Source: Cyanophora paradoxa CCMP329
Lineage: Eukaryota; Plantae; Glaucophyta
Direction: 5' to 3'
NCBI GenBank assembly: GCA_004431415.1
Contig: QPMI01000648.1
Span: forward strand, 1 to 64,000
Length of the DNA stretch: 64,000 nucleotides
Made by a program: the position numbers and the translations under genes. Below the pieces are notes generated by a model. The model saw only the letters and a list, made by a program, of their open reading frames with translations. It was not told where the DNA came from and did not search any database. This document shows positions 12,135-25,637 of this stretch, piece by piece (position 1 is the first letter of the stretch; every line of letters starts with the position of its first letter).

Positions 12135-15100
12135 CTACAAGGGCGCGCGGGAGAGGACAAAGACAAGGTCGGTGTTCGTGAGCTCCGTCGTCGGCATCGG
12201 GTTCGCGTACCTGCGGGGGTACCACAAATGACCCGGGGGGGAAGGAGCGGGGGGGAAGAGCGGGGGGCACGGCGGCGCTCACACGTAGGGGAGGCGGGAG
12301 CCGGAGGTCTTCTTGGCGCGGTAGAGGCCGAGGGGGAGCAAGGACTTCTCCACAAGGAAGTGGATGAAGAGGTCGAGGTAGGTCTTGCCCTGCGCGCCCG
12401 CCCGCTCTCGCTCGCTTCCGGTTCCGGTACCCCCACGGGCGTGCGTGCGTGCGCGCGCGCGCGCGCGAGCTCTCGGCGGGACGCACGTAGAATTCGCTGG
12501 GGACGGGGATCTGGGAGGGGTAGATGCGGTTCTCCGGGCGGTCCTCGTACCCCGTCGCAGAGACGCCGACGATCTTCTCGAGGAGGTGGACGATCTGGGG
12601 GCCCCGGAAGTAGGCCTGGCGAACGAGGGGGCGTCACGCGATCGGCGGGGGGTACGGCGGCTTCCGGAGGGGGTACGGGGCGAGCCTGGAGGAGGATGGA
12701 CTGGAGGGCGGAGTGCATGTAGACGCGGCCGGCGGCGTATCTGACGGGCGGGGAGGGTCAAAGGGAGTACCGAAAGAAGGAGACGGGCAGGGGTACGCGA
12801 ACACGGGGAGGAGGCGGCACTCGACGTCCGAGGAGCCGGACCAGGAGTCGAGGTACTTCATGTTGGCCTCCTCGACTGCGGGGGTACGGCCTTGAACCGG
12901 GGAAGCTGCCCGAAGGGGGAGGGGGGTACGGCACCGATCTCGACGACGAACTGCGTCCTACGGCTGCGAACGGACTCGACGTTGAGGGCCGTTTGGATGG
13001 CAGACGAGTCGGAGAGCTCCGAGACGACGCTGCGCGCCGATCGGGCCGGGCCCCGCGGTGCCGGGGCGGGGCGCGCACCTCGAGAGCTGCGACTGGTCGA
13101 CCAGAATGACGACCATGTGCGCGCACTGTACCCCGGCGCGCTCCAAATCCTCCACCGCGAGGGGCGAGCCCTGCGGACGGTTCTACAAGGAAAAGGGGGG
13201 GGGGGGGGGGGGGGGGGCGCGCCTGGACGACGAAGGCGTTGGACTCGTGCTCGAGGTACTTGACCAGGCGGTCCGGGGGCGCGTCCGGCAGCAGGATCAC
13301 CACGGTGCGCCCCGCATTCCTGCGGGGGTACGTGCGCGTGAAGGGATGCGGCGCGGGGCGGGGGTACAGCCCCGCACTTGCGGGCGTCGGGGCCGGCGTT
13401 GGGGGCGTTGCCGACGGCGCGGAGGGAGTTCAGGAACGTGGTAGCCCCATTTGGCGTGCCCGTGAGGACGATGTGGTTCTTGAGGCCTGGCGGGAGGGAC
13501 TGCGGATCGTGAGCGCGGGGGGCGTGGGGAGGGGCACACCGCGTGCGCGCGGGGGTACAGGGCGACGTGGGGGGTACCGGGTCGAGCGTGTCCGAGGAGA
13601 GGATGACGCTGCGGGCCATGCTGGCGTTGCGGGGCAGCATGGCGCGCGCCGGCGGCAGGCCGGGCCCCCGCGGCGACGGCTCCGCCTCCTCGTTCAGCGG
13701 CGTCGCCGTCCTGGGACGACTCTGCAGCGACGGCACCGGCGGCCGCGGCGGCGCGTTCGGCAGCTCCGTGAGGTTCACCTGTGGAGCCATCAGAGGAGGG
13801 AGGGCTGGGCCGCGGGCCCGGCGCCCCGGGGCCCGGCGCGCCATGCTACCGCCGATGACGCTAGCGCCGGCGTCGCTCCCGGCCCCTCCGTCCTCGACCG
13901 CCGCCTCGCCCGCCGGCTCCTGCCCGCCCGGCTGCGGCAGCGGGATGCCTGCTCCGCCGCCCGGCGCCGCCCGCGGCGGCCTCCTGCGGCCCCCGCGCCA
14001 GTGCGCTGCGCCGGCTCAGCGACATCGCCCGGGCTCGCTGTACCCCGACGCACACGAGGTCTCCTTCATCACGTTGCTCTGGCGCTCCCAGATGTCCGCG
14101 TGCAGCGCAGCCACGTGGCTCCGCGTGATCTCGTTCTGCCGGCGCCCTCGCGATCAGGCGAGGAAAGTACGCCGCCCGGAATCGAACCCGCGCACGCACC
14201 CGGATGCGGGAGAGGACGGCCCGGCGGTGGGCGTCCAGGCGGATCACCTGAGTCGCCGTGCTGGGCGTCTGCGCGGGCCGACGCCTCCCATGAGTTCGAG
14301 TTCGACCCGCCTTCCTGAAAGCACGCACCGGCCCGTGCTCGCCCAGCTGCTGCCTCGCGATGGCGATGAATTTCTTTTTGATCGAATCGACCGACTCCTT
14401 CGTCATGTCTGGAGGGGGGTACGATGAGGGGAGGACGTGGGGGGGGGGAGGGTGGCAGCGTACCCAGGTCGTGTTGCCGCATCTTCCCGAACTCGAACTG
14501 GTTCACCTGCGAGGGCCGGCATTCCAGTTCGGAGGGATACGCGTTTTGCGAGCGCGGGGGATACGCCTCGCCTCGAACGCGAACTCCTCGCTGGTCGCGA
14601 TCACGAAGCCAACGTCGCCCTCCTGCGCCGGAGGAAGTGGGTACAGGGTTCAGTTTGACGGGTGCGGGGCGAATGAAATGTCCCCGCGCGCCTGCAAGAG
14701 GAAGTCGGACTCGGGGAGAGACATGATTCGCTTCTTGTTCGTCCCGGGGTCCACGATCTGCGGGGCGGTCAGGGGGGCGGCGTCGGGGCGGGGAACGGGC
14801 GCGCGCCTCGACGGCCACGAGCAGGACGCAGTAGACGGTGTACATGATCTGCGTGCCCCGTTGCAGGAAAAAACCTCTATTGAGAGGCCTAGGAGGGGTA
14901 CCGCGGCCGCATCCGCGAAGGTCATCCCGGCGTACGCCTTTCCGATCTGGAGAAGGAAGACCTCGTGGGAGTACCCGTGGTCTGCGCCCGGGGTTCGAAT
15001 CCCGGAGCGGCGCTCATCTTCGCCGGGCTGGGGTACCGTATTCGGCCAGCCACAGGTCCTGCTGCTTGCCGGGGCCGTGGACGCTCGCCGCCGACTCCTG

Positions 15101-17592
15101 CGCGGGCCTTGCGATCGGCCCGCGGCGGAGGGGCGGGCCGGCGAGACATGAGGCACGGCACCAGCTTGTTGTTGTTAGCGCCCAGCACCAGCGCGTGGCT
15201 CACGCGCCCGTTCTCGTCCATGAAGACGGTCTGGGATACGAGTTGGCGGCGGGGGGAGGGGAGGGGGGGGGGCGGGGGGAAGGGGCGGGGGGACGGGGCC
15301 CTCGCCTGGTGGTGGGTGACGAAGAGATTGCAGAGGAGAGTCGAGAGGCCGACGCAGTTCGTCGCGCGGGCGAGGATGCCCTGGGTACAGGTTTGGGAAG
15401 ACAGCCGCCAGGGGGAGGGGTACGGCAAGCACCATCTTGAGCTGGTTCACGCAGATCGCCAGGTCGAAAGATTCGTTGACAACGTGGTCCTGGCGGTACG
15501 TGAGCGCACCGAAAGAGGGGTACAGAGAATCCCGCCTGCCGCACCGCGTGCAGGGGCCGGAGGAGCTGGATGAAAGTGGCGGTGCGCCCGTAGTACTTCT
15601 TGATGGCCAGCGCGCGGTGGATGGTGGCTGGCGCCGCGGAGGGTCGGGTGGGGCAGGAGACGGGAGCGGCCGGGAGTCGAACCGGCATCCTCCTCGAGCG
15701 GCGACGTCGTGAAATCGTCGGCGAGGATAATCACCGCCCGGGCCTCCATGATCTGGGGGTACCGGTCGACATCGCGGGGGGTACGAGAACACGACAAGAA
15801 GAGGCCGAACCTTGGCGCGGTGCAGGTCCTCCTCCACAAGCATGGAGCCCTTAAGGTATCTGTTTTCGCGGCGCTACGTCACGCCGGGGTACCAGAATGG
15901 GAGCCGGGGGGGGGTACGTGATGATGGATCGGAAGCGGAAGGATCGAATGAGGGACGACACGTCGGGCTCCGGCTCGACCGGCCGTAGGACGACGATGTT
16001 CAAGCTGCGGCCGCCGCGGATCTGCGAGACCGGGGATCAAGACCGCGCGGGGCCCCTTTCAATAAGGAAGGATCGGAAGCGCGCCTGCTGCTGGCAGAGC
16101 TCGCGCAGGAAGATGCGCAGGATCGTAGGGGATGCGCTACCCCCCACCACAACGTGCGTAGTCGACTTGGAGGGCTTGTACGACCCGCTGTAGGCTGCGG
16201 GGACGGGCGCTCAGGGAGCGAACGGGGCCCCCCGCCGACAAGCGCGGCGCACCCGAAGTTTGAGAGACGACGCTGATGACCTGCGGGGTACGCGATCATG
16301 AGAGACGGGGGTAGGAAGATTGGCGGGGGGCCGGCCGCGCCTTGCCGGTCTCGACGGGGATGAAGAAGATGGCGAAGACGATCATGAGCGTGACGAAGAT
16401 GCGCCCCGCCGCCGTGATCGGCGTGATATCGCCGTACCCTGCGACGAAGGGTCGGCTGGGCGGGCGACGGGGGGCGGGGCATGCGTCGCTGGTACGGCGC
16501 TTCCGCACCGACTGTCGAGATGGTCTGCGGGGCGGGGGGCGTCGGCGGGGGGCGCGCAGAGCCGGGGCAGGGGGGAAGGGGAGGGCTACAAACTCACTAC
16601 GATGATGTAGTACAGCGCTTCGTGAAACATGAGGACGGGGGGCACGTCCGGCCCCTTGGAGCCGTCGTGAAACTGCGCGGGGGGCTCGGCGGCGGCGGCA
16701 GGGCGGGGCTGCCAGAGCGGCACCTGCTCGATAAGGGTGACCGACTCGATGAAATGGAGCAGGCCCGCCGCACAGAACAGGAACGTGAAGACGGCCGTCA
16801 CTGAGTACATGACCTGCCGCTCCACCTCTGCGGCGCGCGGGGGTCGGATTCGGCGCGCGGTTTCATATACAGTGCGCGCCGCACCGTTGAAACCGTACGT
16901 AAGCATCTTCGTCGAAGCGACGAAGCGGGCGGCGCGGAAGATGACGAAGACGCGGAGGAAGGATGCGCTGTGCTGGCGGAAGGTGAGGAAGAGGTTGAGG
17001 ATCGGGAGGACGGACAGCAGGTCGGCGATGCCCATGAAGCTGCGAACATACTCCATGCTGCCGCCGGCCCCGCCTCGTGAGCGACGCCCGGGCGCGCCCA
17101 GGCGGCCGCGGACCGGTGCTCAGAAATGTAGATGCGGAGAAGATACTCTATTGCGAAGTACGTCGAGAATATCACCTGAAGCGCAGCATCGCCGCGCCAG
17201 GTGCCCACGTAGGAGTCTGCGCGCGAGCGCTCAAACGCCGCTTCGAAAGGCGCACGGCCGCGAAGGCCACGGGGCAGCGGGGCCGCCGCAGGCTGGGCCG
17301 GACCATAGACGTAGAGCCCGCAAGAGGCGACTCCCATCGAGATGAGAAGGATGTCGTGGAGGGTGCCGAACGAGCTGTCGGACAGAAGACGCAGGAAGCG
17401 GACACGGAGAGGTATGTACTCTTTAGTTGCAAACGACGGTGCGACTGCGAGGAGTCAGCAGGACCGGGCACCAGCTAGCGGGTTCAGTGGCGCCGTACTT
17501 TCATTCTTTCGAAATACGAAGTCCAGCGACGTGCGCTTCACGAACTCTACCGAGTTGCGCACTGCGTCCGCAGGCTGCACGGACTGCGCCAT
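12135..17592 (-). CDS. Slo/BK-family (RCK-domain) potassium channel, multi-exon
   Basis: Spliced start [11 protein letters not shown]..., S4-like [13 protein letters not shown], pore GYGDITP, RCK-type segments and C-terminal [19 protein letters not shown]..stop. Exon boundaries were traced only in part. Confidence 0.85.
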
Positions 17593-17687
17593 CCCCGCGA
17601 GCAGCGGGCCCCGCCGGCCTAGGCCTTACCTGCGGAAGTCGGTTTGCGATCGTACCCTGGTTCGCGGCGCAACAGTCGAGGAGAATC
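17593..17687. promoter_or_regulatory. Putative bidirectional promoter (K+ channel / clpP)
   Basis: Only 95 bp separate the divergent start codons. Confidence 0.55.
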
Positions 17688-18824
17688 ATGGCGGCCTTCG
17701 TTGCAAGCATTCCCGCAGTGCGCAGCGGCGCCGTCGAGGCGACAGTGCAACATGCGCAGGTCAGCAAAGCGCCCCAGCGGGCAAATATCCGGAAGCGGGA
17801 CGAGCCTCTCGCTGCCGCCCGCACGTTCGTAGCCGGCTCCTCCCGCGAACGCCTCTTCGTTCCGCTTCGTTCTCCGGTGGCCGAGCGCCCCGCCGGGCCC
17901 AATATTCAGTGCGCCATCCAGCCAGCGGCGGTCGACCTCGGCATGCCCCTGGACGTGCTCTCGCGGCTGTTTGGCGAGCGGATCGTGCTCCTCGGGCAGA
18001 GCATCGACGACGAGCTTGCGAACGTTGTCGGTGCGCGCCGCTCCGAGCGCACTTTGGACCGCACACGCTGACCGCGTGTCGCTACCCGCGCGGCTCTGCT
18101 CGATCAGTGGGCCAGCTTCTGCACCTTGCTAGCGAGGATGACCAGAAAGATATCAAGCTGCTCGTCCAGTCGCCCGGCGGCTCGGTCACTGCGGGCATGG
18201 CTATCTACGACACGATGAACTACGTCAACAACGATGTCTCGACGATTTGCATGGGTCTTGCCGCTTCTATGGGCGCGTTCCTGCTTTCCGGCGGCGCGCC
18301 CGGCAAGCGCTTCAGCCTGCCCAACGCCCGCATTATGGTGCGGCCCCTCGTCGGCCTGACTGTAGCTAGACGCCTGCGACGAACCCGCCGGCCGCTCAAT
18401 TCCTTTATTTCCTTTTCCAGATCCATCAGCCTCTTGGCGGTGCGTCCGGTGTGACCGAGGACGTCGAGATCCAAGTCCGCGAGGTGGGCTCACTGCGGCC
18501 ACGTTCCTGTTTTGCTGCCGCCCTCTCTTGACGCGACCGCGACACAGATCCTTCACCACAAGAAGACCCTCAGCGAGCTTATGGCCATTCACTGCAACCA
18601 GGTCCCGTCCGCTCCGCCTGGGCCGCCTGCGCTCTCCTGATCCGCGCTTCGGCTCGCGCAGGCTGCCAACCAGATCGTGGAGGACACTGAGCGTGATAAC
18701 TTCATGTCTCCCTACGAGGCGTTGCGGTACGGGCTCATCGACGGGGTCCGCGGTTCCCCTCTTTTTCCCTTTCCGCCTCGTCTGAAGCGTCAATCAGATT
18801 CTGGAGTCGCCCGGCGATGCGTAA
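17688..18824 (+). CDS. clpP: ATP-dependent Clp protease proteolytic subunit, predicted plastid-targeted
   Basis: [36 protein letters not shown] (catalytic Ser), IM|IHQP (His) and RDNFMSP (Asp). N-terminal transit peptide [13 protein letters not shown]. About 6 exons. Confidence 0.92.
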
Positions 18825-19091
18825 TGCCCACACTGCTTGTACCATAGCCGGCGTAGCCAGACGCTCCTTTCCAGTATGTACTTAGACCTCTGGGAAAGCA
18901 GCGGCAGCGAGCTGGCGTTTCAATCAACCGTGCTCTAAGTCATCTCGCCCGACACTGCAGCCGGTCCACCCCACCCCGTCAACGAGGAGTCCGGCATACG
19001 AGGAGTTTCATAGAAAGACATGTACACGTGCACGAGGTGGTGGGGGCTAGGGGAAGGCTTGGGAGAGAGGGTCGTCCGCGGGCCACGGCTA

Positions 19092-21030
19092 CTAGACTTC
19101 GTACTTGTCGATCTTTTCGAGAAGCTCCTGAGAGTAGTTGGGCGAGTAGTACTTGACGATCTCCTCGGGGTAGCACGCGTTGATCGCGTCCTTGTACTCC
19201 CGCAGCTTCGTCCCGGGCTCCGCCTCCAACTCCTGGATCTTCTGGAGGCCGCCGCTCGTGACGAAGGCCCGCCTTGCCGCAACGTCGTGCGGCAGCACTT
19301 TCGCGAACTGGTGCACGATGTACTTGAGCACACTCTTGCACTTCGGGTCGTTGAGCTGCGCGGGGCCGCGTCGGCGGGAGCGCGCGGGGCGGTGGGCGGG
19401 GCGGCGGGCGGCGGCGGGGGCGGACCTGGATGTCGTGGAGGAGGGGCTCGAGGGCCGGCAGGTGGACGCACTTCTGGATGATGCTCTTGAGGGCGCGCTT
19501 CGCCTTCGTCTTGAGGTCGTCCGAGCTCTCGTCGTGCTGGTAGACGGCGAGCAGGCGCTGCAGCACGTTCGCGTCGGCGAGGGCCTTGGCGTGGTCCGGC
19601 GAGTGCCGCCCGATCTGGCCCAGCGACCACGCCGACGCCGCCTTGATGTGGTCCTCGGGCTCCGTGACGAGCGCGTTGACGAGGGGCGGAATCCCCTTGG
19701 AGACGATGACGGCGAGCGCCATCGCCTCCTGGAAGGCCGCGATGTAGCCGAGCGTCATGATGCCCGGCAGCCGGTTGTTGCCCTTCGCCTCGTTGATGTA
19801 GTCCACGATCGCCGCCACGCCGCCGCTGTTCACGATGAGCTGCGCCAGCTGCGCGGCCGGGGTCGGCACCGGCGGCGGGCAGAGGAGGGCGGGGCGCGCG
19901 AGGGAGGGAGAGACGGGGGGCGCCGCACCTCCGGCGTGTGCTTGGCGATCTCGCGGATGCAGGTCGCCGCGTTCTTGCGGACCTGGATATCCACGTCCTT
20001 GAGGCAGACCTGCGCGGCGGGGGCGGGGCGCTCGGTCGGGAAGGAAGGAAGGGAAAAGGGAGGGGCGCGGCAAAGCGGGGCGCACGAGGATCTTCGGGAA
20101 GATCTCGGCCTCGACCACGACCTCCGCGAGGTCCACCGAGTGCTTGGAGAGCTGGGCGAGGGCCGAGCAGACTTGGCGCTTGAGCTTCGAGTCGGGGTTC
20201 CCGAGCTCCTTCGTCAGATACGCAACCGCACTCGCGTCCACGACTGCGTGCGCGAGCTGCGCGACGGGGCGGGCCGCTTAGCACAGACCACGCGACGGCC
20301 CGGGGACGGGCGGCACCTCGGGCGTGTGCTTGCAAATGTCGGCCAGCGCGGACGCGGAGATGCGTTTCAATGTGAGCTCCGGCTCCTGGAGGCACAAGAC
20401 TAGAAGCGGGACCGCGCCCGCGTCGACGACGTGCTGTGCCAGCTCTGCCCCGGGGATCGGGACGGCTCGCAGTTTCGGCGCGGGCGAGGGCCGGACCTGC
20501 GTTGTGACGAGCAATGTAGCCAAGGGCCCACGCCGCCGCCTCCTTCACTCCAGGGTCGAACTCGTCCAGGCAGGAGACGAGGGCCTCCAACGCGCCCGAG
20601 TCGACGACCGCCTGGGCGAGCGGCGGCGAGTGCTTCGCGACTGACCGGAGGCAGAACGCTGCCGCCTTCTTGTAGAAACGCTGCGTGCGGCCGAAAGGGA
20701 TGAGGGGCGCCAAAGTTAGCGGGTAGCCAAAGTTAGCGGGCGCACGTTCTGCTCGGAGAGGCTGTAGACAAGCTGCGGTAGAATGCCATTGCTAACTACG
20801 GACTCTGCTAGTTCTTCGTTGTAATTGGCGAGGCGCCCAAGTGCGAGGGCTGCGGACTGCTGGATGCTAGGCAGGTTGTCGAGGAGGAGCGGACGAAGAA
20901 GGGCCATGACGCCGCATGCTTGCAGCGTGTCGATGTTCTGTGGTCTAGTGGCAAGCTTGTCGACTGTCTGTACAAACTCTATTCGGGCCTTCTGGTAGGC
21001 TTCAAAGACCTGCAGGACCGGCCGCGACAT
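19092..21030 (-). CDS. SPAG6: Armadillo-repeat axonemal central-pair protein PF16/SPAG6
   Basis: MSRPVLQVFEAYQKARIEFVQTV..., SIQQSAALALGRLANYN, LPGIMTLGYIAAF, EDHIKAASAWSLGQIGRHSP and CYPEEIVKYYSPNYSQELLEKI. Confidence 0.93.
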
Positions 21031-21194
21031 CCCGATTATGCCCTACGGGTCGGTCCGACGCTGCGAATGCTGTTCGTGCGTGCAGGGGCGCGCTGGCTTT
21101 GGTCGCGCCTTCTGCGCTTATTTCAGTCTCAAGTACTGGTACCCGGACGCGGTCGACCGGGTACAATCAAATCGCGACCTAGAGCAACGTAAGC
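21031..21194. promoter_or_regulatory. Putative bidirectional promoter (SPAG6 / YTH gene)
   Basis: Only 164 bp separate the divergent start codons. Confidence 0.55.
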
Positions 21195-24100
21195 ATGGAC
21201 GAGGAGGACGCTCCTGACATGCTGGAAGGCATGGAAGACGAAGCGGCCGCAAACGAAGAGGCCGCGCCAGGGCCGCAGGCGAGCGTGCCGGCGGCGGACG
21301 AGGACGAAGCCGCGGAGGAGGTTGATTTCGACGAGCGTCTCGAGGAGCCAGATCCGAGTGCGCCGATGATGCCACCACAGTCGTGCCGGCTGCGAAGCTG
21401 ACCGGCCCCTCGCCGCGGCGCTCTCTCAGACGAGATGCTCGAAATGCCCGACGATGAGCCCGCTCAAGCGGATGCGCAGGGCACACCAGAGCCATCTCCC
21501 GGTTCGCACGGCCTGCCAGCGGCGAGCTCACGCTGACGCCTGTGATGTCAGCGCGAGCAGAGGACAGCCGACGTAGGGACTCGCTTCCAGAGCGGCGGCC
21601 TCGCACTCCGGAGCGGTCGCGGGACGGCTCCGCGCCAGACCCGAGACGCTTGAGTGCGTGCTTCCTGCCCGAGCTCGGCACTCCTGCCGAATCGTGGTTT
21701 CCTTCGCCGCAGGCGAGTCGGAGCGGCGCGATGCGGAGAGGAGGCGCGACTCCGATAGGCGCGACGTCGACAGGAGGGACTCCGATGGGCGGCGCGACTC
21801 GGACAGACGGGACGCCGGCCGGCGGGACGCGGACCGGGACCGGGACCGCCACGGAGCGGACAGGCGGGATCAGGAGAGGCGGGAACAGGAGAGGCGGGAC
21901 GCGGAGCGGCGGGAAGTCCAGAAGAAAGAAATGGAGACGCTGGAGGCGGAGCGGCGGGAGGCGGAGCGCCGGGAGGCCCAGAGGAGGGAGCTCGAGCGGC
22001 TGGAAGTCGAGAGGAAAGAAGCGGAGCGGCGGGAGGCGGAGAGGAGAGAGCACGAGCGGCGGGAGTCGGAGCGGCGAGAGGCGGAGCGGCTGGCGGCGGA
22101 GCGGCGCGATGCGGAGAGAAGGGAGCTGGAGCAGAGGGAGGCGGAGCGCCGCGAAGCCGAGCGCAGGAACGCAGAGCGCAGGGACGCGGGCGGTCCGGGG
22201 GGCCCGCCGCGCACGGGCCCGCCGGCTGGGCGCGGCGGACGACCCGGGTGGTTGCCGGCCGGGGCCCCCGGCCTTGGGGTTCCTCCCCTCGGGCCTCAGG
22301 GCTTCGCGTCCCCGGGGTTGGCCCCGGGCTTTGGGGTCGCGCCGGCCAACCTGCGCGGGCCGCCGCCAGCGCCCGCTGCGCCCGTCGAGGGCGAGGAGGG
22401 CCGCTGCCGCAGGCGGCGCCGCGGGGCCCGCCGCACCCGCCGCCGGCGGTGGGCGGCCTGGCGCACCCGCTCTTCCCGCGGGCGCGGACGCGCTACTTCT
22501 GCGTGCGGGCCCTCTCGGAGAAGGACCTGGAGCTCTCCAAACAGCACAGCATCTTCGCGACGGCGCCCGTGAGCGAGCCCGTCCTCAACGAAGCCCTCCA
22601 AGCGGTATGCCCTTCCTCACTCCTCCCGCTCCGGCCTCCCCCGCCCCGCTTTCCTTCTCCGTCTCCCCTCCGCCGCCGCCCCCGCCACTCCCGCCGCCGC
22701 CGCGTGTGGGGCCGTCCCGGCCCCGCCACTCGCTTCGGCCTCGCCTTAGCTCCGACCGCCTAACCGGCCGCCCGCGGCTTCGTCGTCGTGCGGCGTTCCT
22801 CTCTCCGGCTCGTTGCGAGCCGCGGTCCTCGAATGGTCTAGCGTAGTCGTGCCGAGCGGTTTAGACTGGTACGCGGTAAAGGCTCTCGCTCTTTCGGACG
22901 GTGCAGTGCGCCAGTAGGGCCGGCTGGTAATGCCCGTCGGAAGCGCGCTGCCGGCAAGTTAGGGCCTCGGACCCCCGTTTCCCCCTTTTGTTTCGTTTTT
23001 CGTCGCTCTTATTCGCTTTGCCGTTACCGACCGGGCTCCGCCCCTTCTCCCCCCTCCGGTCTCTTTCGGCGCCCCCTCTGGATTGGCCGTACCCTCCCTG
23101 GATCGGATCCCTTCCCCCCTCTCTGGAACGCACAGGACTGCAACGTCGTGCTCATCTTCACCGCCAACGGATCCAGCTCCTTCCACGTGCGCGCGTACCC
23201 CTCCCAGCTCCTCGGGGGTACGCGCCGACGCCCCCGCAGGGGTACGCCGTGCTGCCGGAGCCGATCGCGAGGAACAAGAGCGTGGTCTGGGAGCGGGCGC
23301 ACGCGGGGCAGTCCAAGTCTGCCTGGGGCAACGTCTTCCCCGTCCACTGGATCGCCTGGTACCCCCCGTCCTTTCTCCCCCTTTCCTGCCCTTCGATTCC
23401 CCCTGAGACGAGCGGCAGGCACGAGCTTCCCTTCCGGGAGACAGCCGAGCTGAAGAATCCCTGGGCGGGCGATAAGGAGGTCTCCGCGGGGCCAGACGGG
23501 CAGGTGCCCATGCTCCCCCCGCGTCGCTGCTGCGCCCCGCGGCGGCGCTTTGAGGCGCTCGCTTCGCAGGAGATGCCGGGTCCCATCGGGGAGCGCATCT
23601 GCGCCCTCCTGGACGACGGGTACGTCATCAAGAACCCCGCGAAGAAGGCCGAGATCGACAACATCCGGCGGTCCGTGTACCCCCTTGACGCGCGTGCGCC
23701 CTTCCCGCCCTCCGCGGCGGCCGACGCCCGTCGCAGGTGCATCCCGCCGGGCTTCAACGAACGGCAGGGCCCCATCTCCGCCTCGCTACGGCGGGACGGG
23801 CCGCCGCCGCCCGGCGACTCGGCCAGGGGGCCCTCGCCCCGCGGCCCCCCTCCCCCCGGTCCGCCCTACTCTTTCCCCTCTCCTGCGCCGTTCCTGATGT
23901 CCGCGTTCGTCCCGCCAGCTGCCCCTGAGCCTTCGCCAAGGTCTCAGCAGGCCCCGCCCCGCTTGGCCTCGCCGCCTCGCCGCGGCCCCGCTCCTCCCCA
24001 CGGGCGGTCCAGATCTCCGCCCCGCGGCGGCCGCCCCGGTTCGCCTCCGCGGGGCGGCCGCCCGGGCTCTCCGCCCCGCAGCGGCCGCCCGCGTCACCAC

Positions 24101-25637
24101 CGCGCGGCGGCCTGCCGGCATCACTCCCCCGCGGCGGCGGCCGCTCCGCGTCACCTCCCCGCGGCAGCCGCGCATCCTCGCCGCCCCGCGGCGGGCGCCA
24201 CTCGTCCCCCGCCCGGCCCGACTCCCGATCCCATCGCCCGCCCTCCACTCATCGCTCCCCTCCGCGGACGTCGGAGGGCGGCCGCAAGCGCAGCCGGGGC
24301 CCGAGTCCCATCCGCAGCCGCAGCCGCAGCCCCGGCCCCGGCCCCGGCCGTCCGGTCCGGCGACGCACCCCTCCCCGCCCGCTCCCCGGCGGCAACGACG
24401 TCCTCGAGATGGTGCGCATGTGTAACCCCATTCCTCTTCGAGCGGTTCCGAACCCCTGCCCACCGCAGTCATACGAGCAGTACCTCCACCAGTTTAATCA
24501 GCGCAAGGCTTCCCAGATCACGAATCCGAACCACATTCCGGTCGGAGCACCCCCCCAGCGGGGTATGCCCCCGGCTGCCCTGGCGGGGGGCCCTCCCCTG
24601 CCCCCCTTCGTCTCGGGCCCGAACGCGATGCCCCCTATGCCCGTCGCCCCCGCCCCCGCGCCCCGCTCCCCCATCCCGCCCCCCGCCGCCGGCTCCTCTT
24701 CTGTCCTCATCAACCCCCGCCACGTGCGTACCCCTTCCCCTCTGCACGCTTCCCGCAGCCGGCTGAGCGCTCCGCTCAGGTGAACCAGCTCCTCCCCCCC
24801 AACGTCATGGCGGCCGCCGTGAACGCCGCCGTCGCCGTCGGGTACGCCGCGCTCTCTGTCGAGGCCTCGTACCCCCATCTCAAGGACCGCCCGCGCCGCA
24901 GGAACCAGCTGCAGGGAGGCGGGCCCCCCGGCAGGGGCATGCCGCCCCAGCTCATGGACGGGCCCCCGCCGGGCCCTGTCGCGCCGGGGAGCCCCCAGCC
25001 GCCCCTGGGGCCCTCCTCCCGCCTCACCCCGCCCCCCGTCCCCTTCGCCCCGCCTGCAGGCCCGCCTCCCGGGCCCCCCGTACCCCCTCCGGGACCCGGG
25101 CTCCCCCCGCCGCAAATGGGCGGTCCCGGCCCCGGGCCGCGCGGCCCGTACCCCCCTGGTGGCGACTTCGGTCCCCCGCCCGGCCGCGGCCGGGGCTTCA
25201 GCGATCGAGGCGGATTCAGCGACCGCAGCGGGTTCGACCAGCGCGGAGGCTTCAGCAACCGCGGCGGGTTCAGTGACCGAGGGGGCCCCAGCGACCGTGG
25301 TGGCTTCGGCAACCGCGGCGGGCACAGCGAGCGCGCTGGCTTCGGCAACCGCGGCGGGCACAGCGAGCGCGGCGGCTTCAGGGACCGCGGCGGCGGCTGG
25401 CGCGAGCCGCCGCGGGGCCCCGGCGGCCCGTACGACGGGCCGCCCGACTGGCGGGGCCCGGGCGGGCCGCCGCCCCCGCGCGGGGGCTACGGCGAGCGAG
25501 ACCAGGGCCCGCGGGACCGGCCGCCGCAGGGCCCTCCGTTCAGCGGCCCCCCGCGCGAACGCTTCGGCTCTGATGGGGGGAACCCCGAGCGCGGCCGCGG
25601 CTGGGATCGCGGCGGGCGCGGTCGCGGCCAGTGGTAG
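21195..25637 (+). CDS. YTH-domain RNA-binding protein, YTHDC1-like, with RE/RD-rich, RS/SP-rich and Pro/RGG regions
   Basis: RYFCVRALSEKDLELSKQHSIFAT..LNEA, NVVLIFTANGSSSFH-GYA, WGNVFPVHWI, LPFRETAELKNPW, DGQE and SYEQYLHQF, plus RGG repeats near the C-terminus. Confidence 0.8.
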
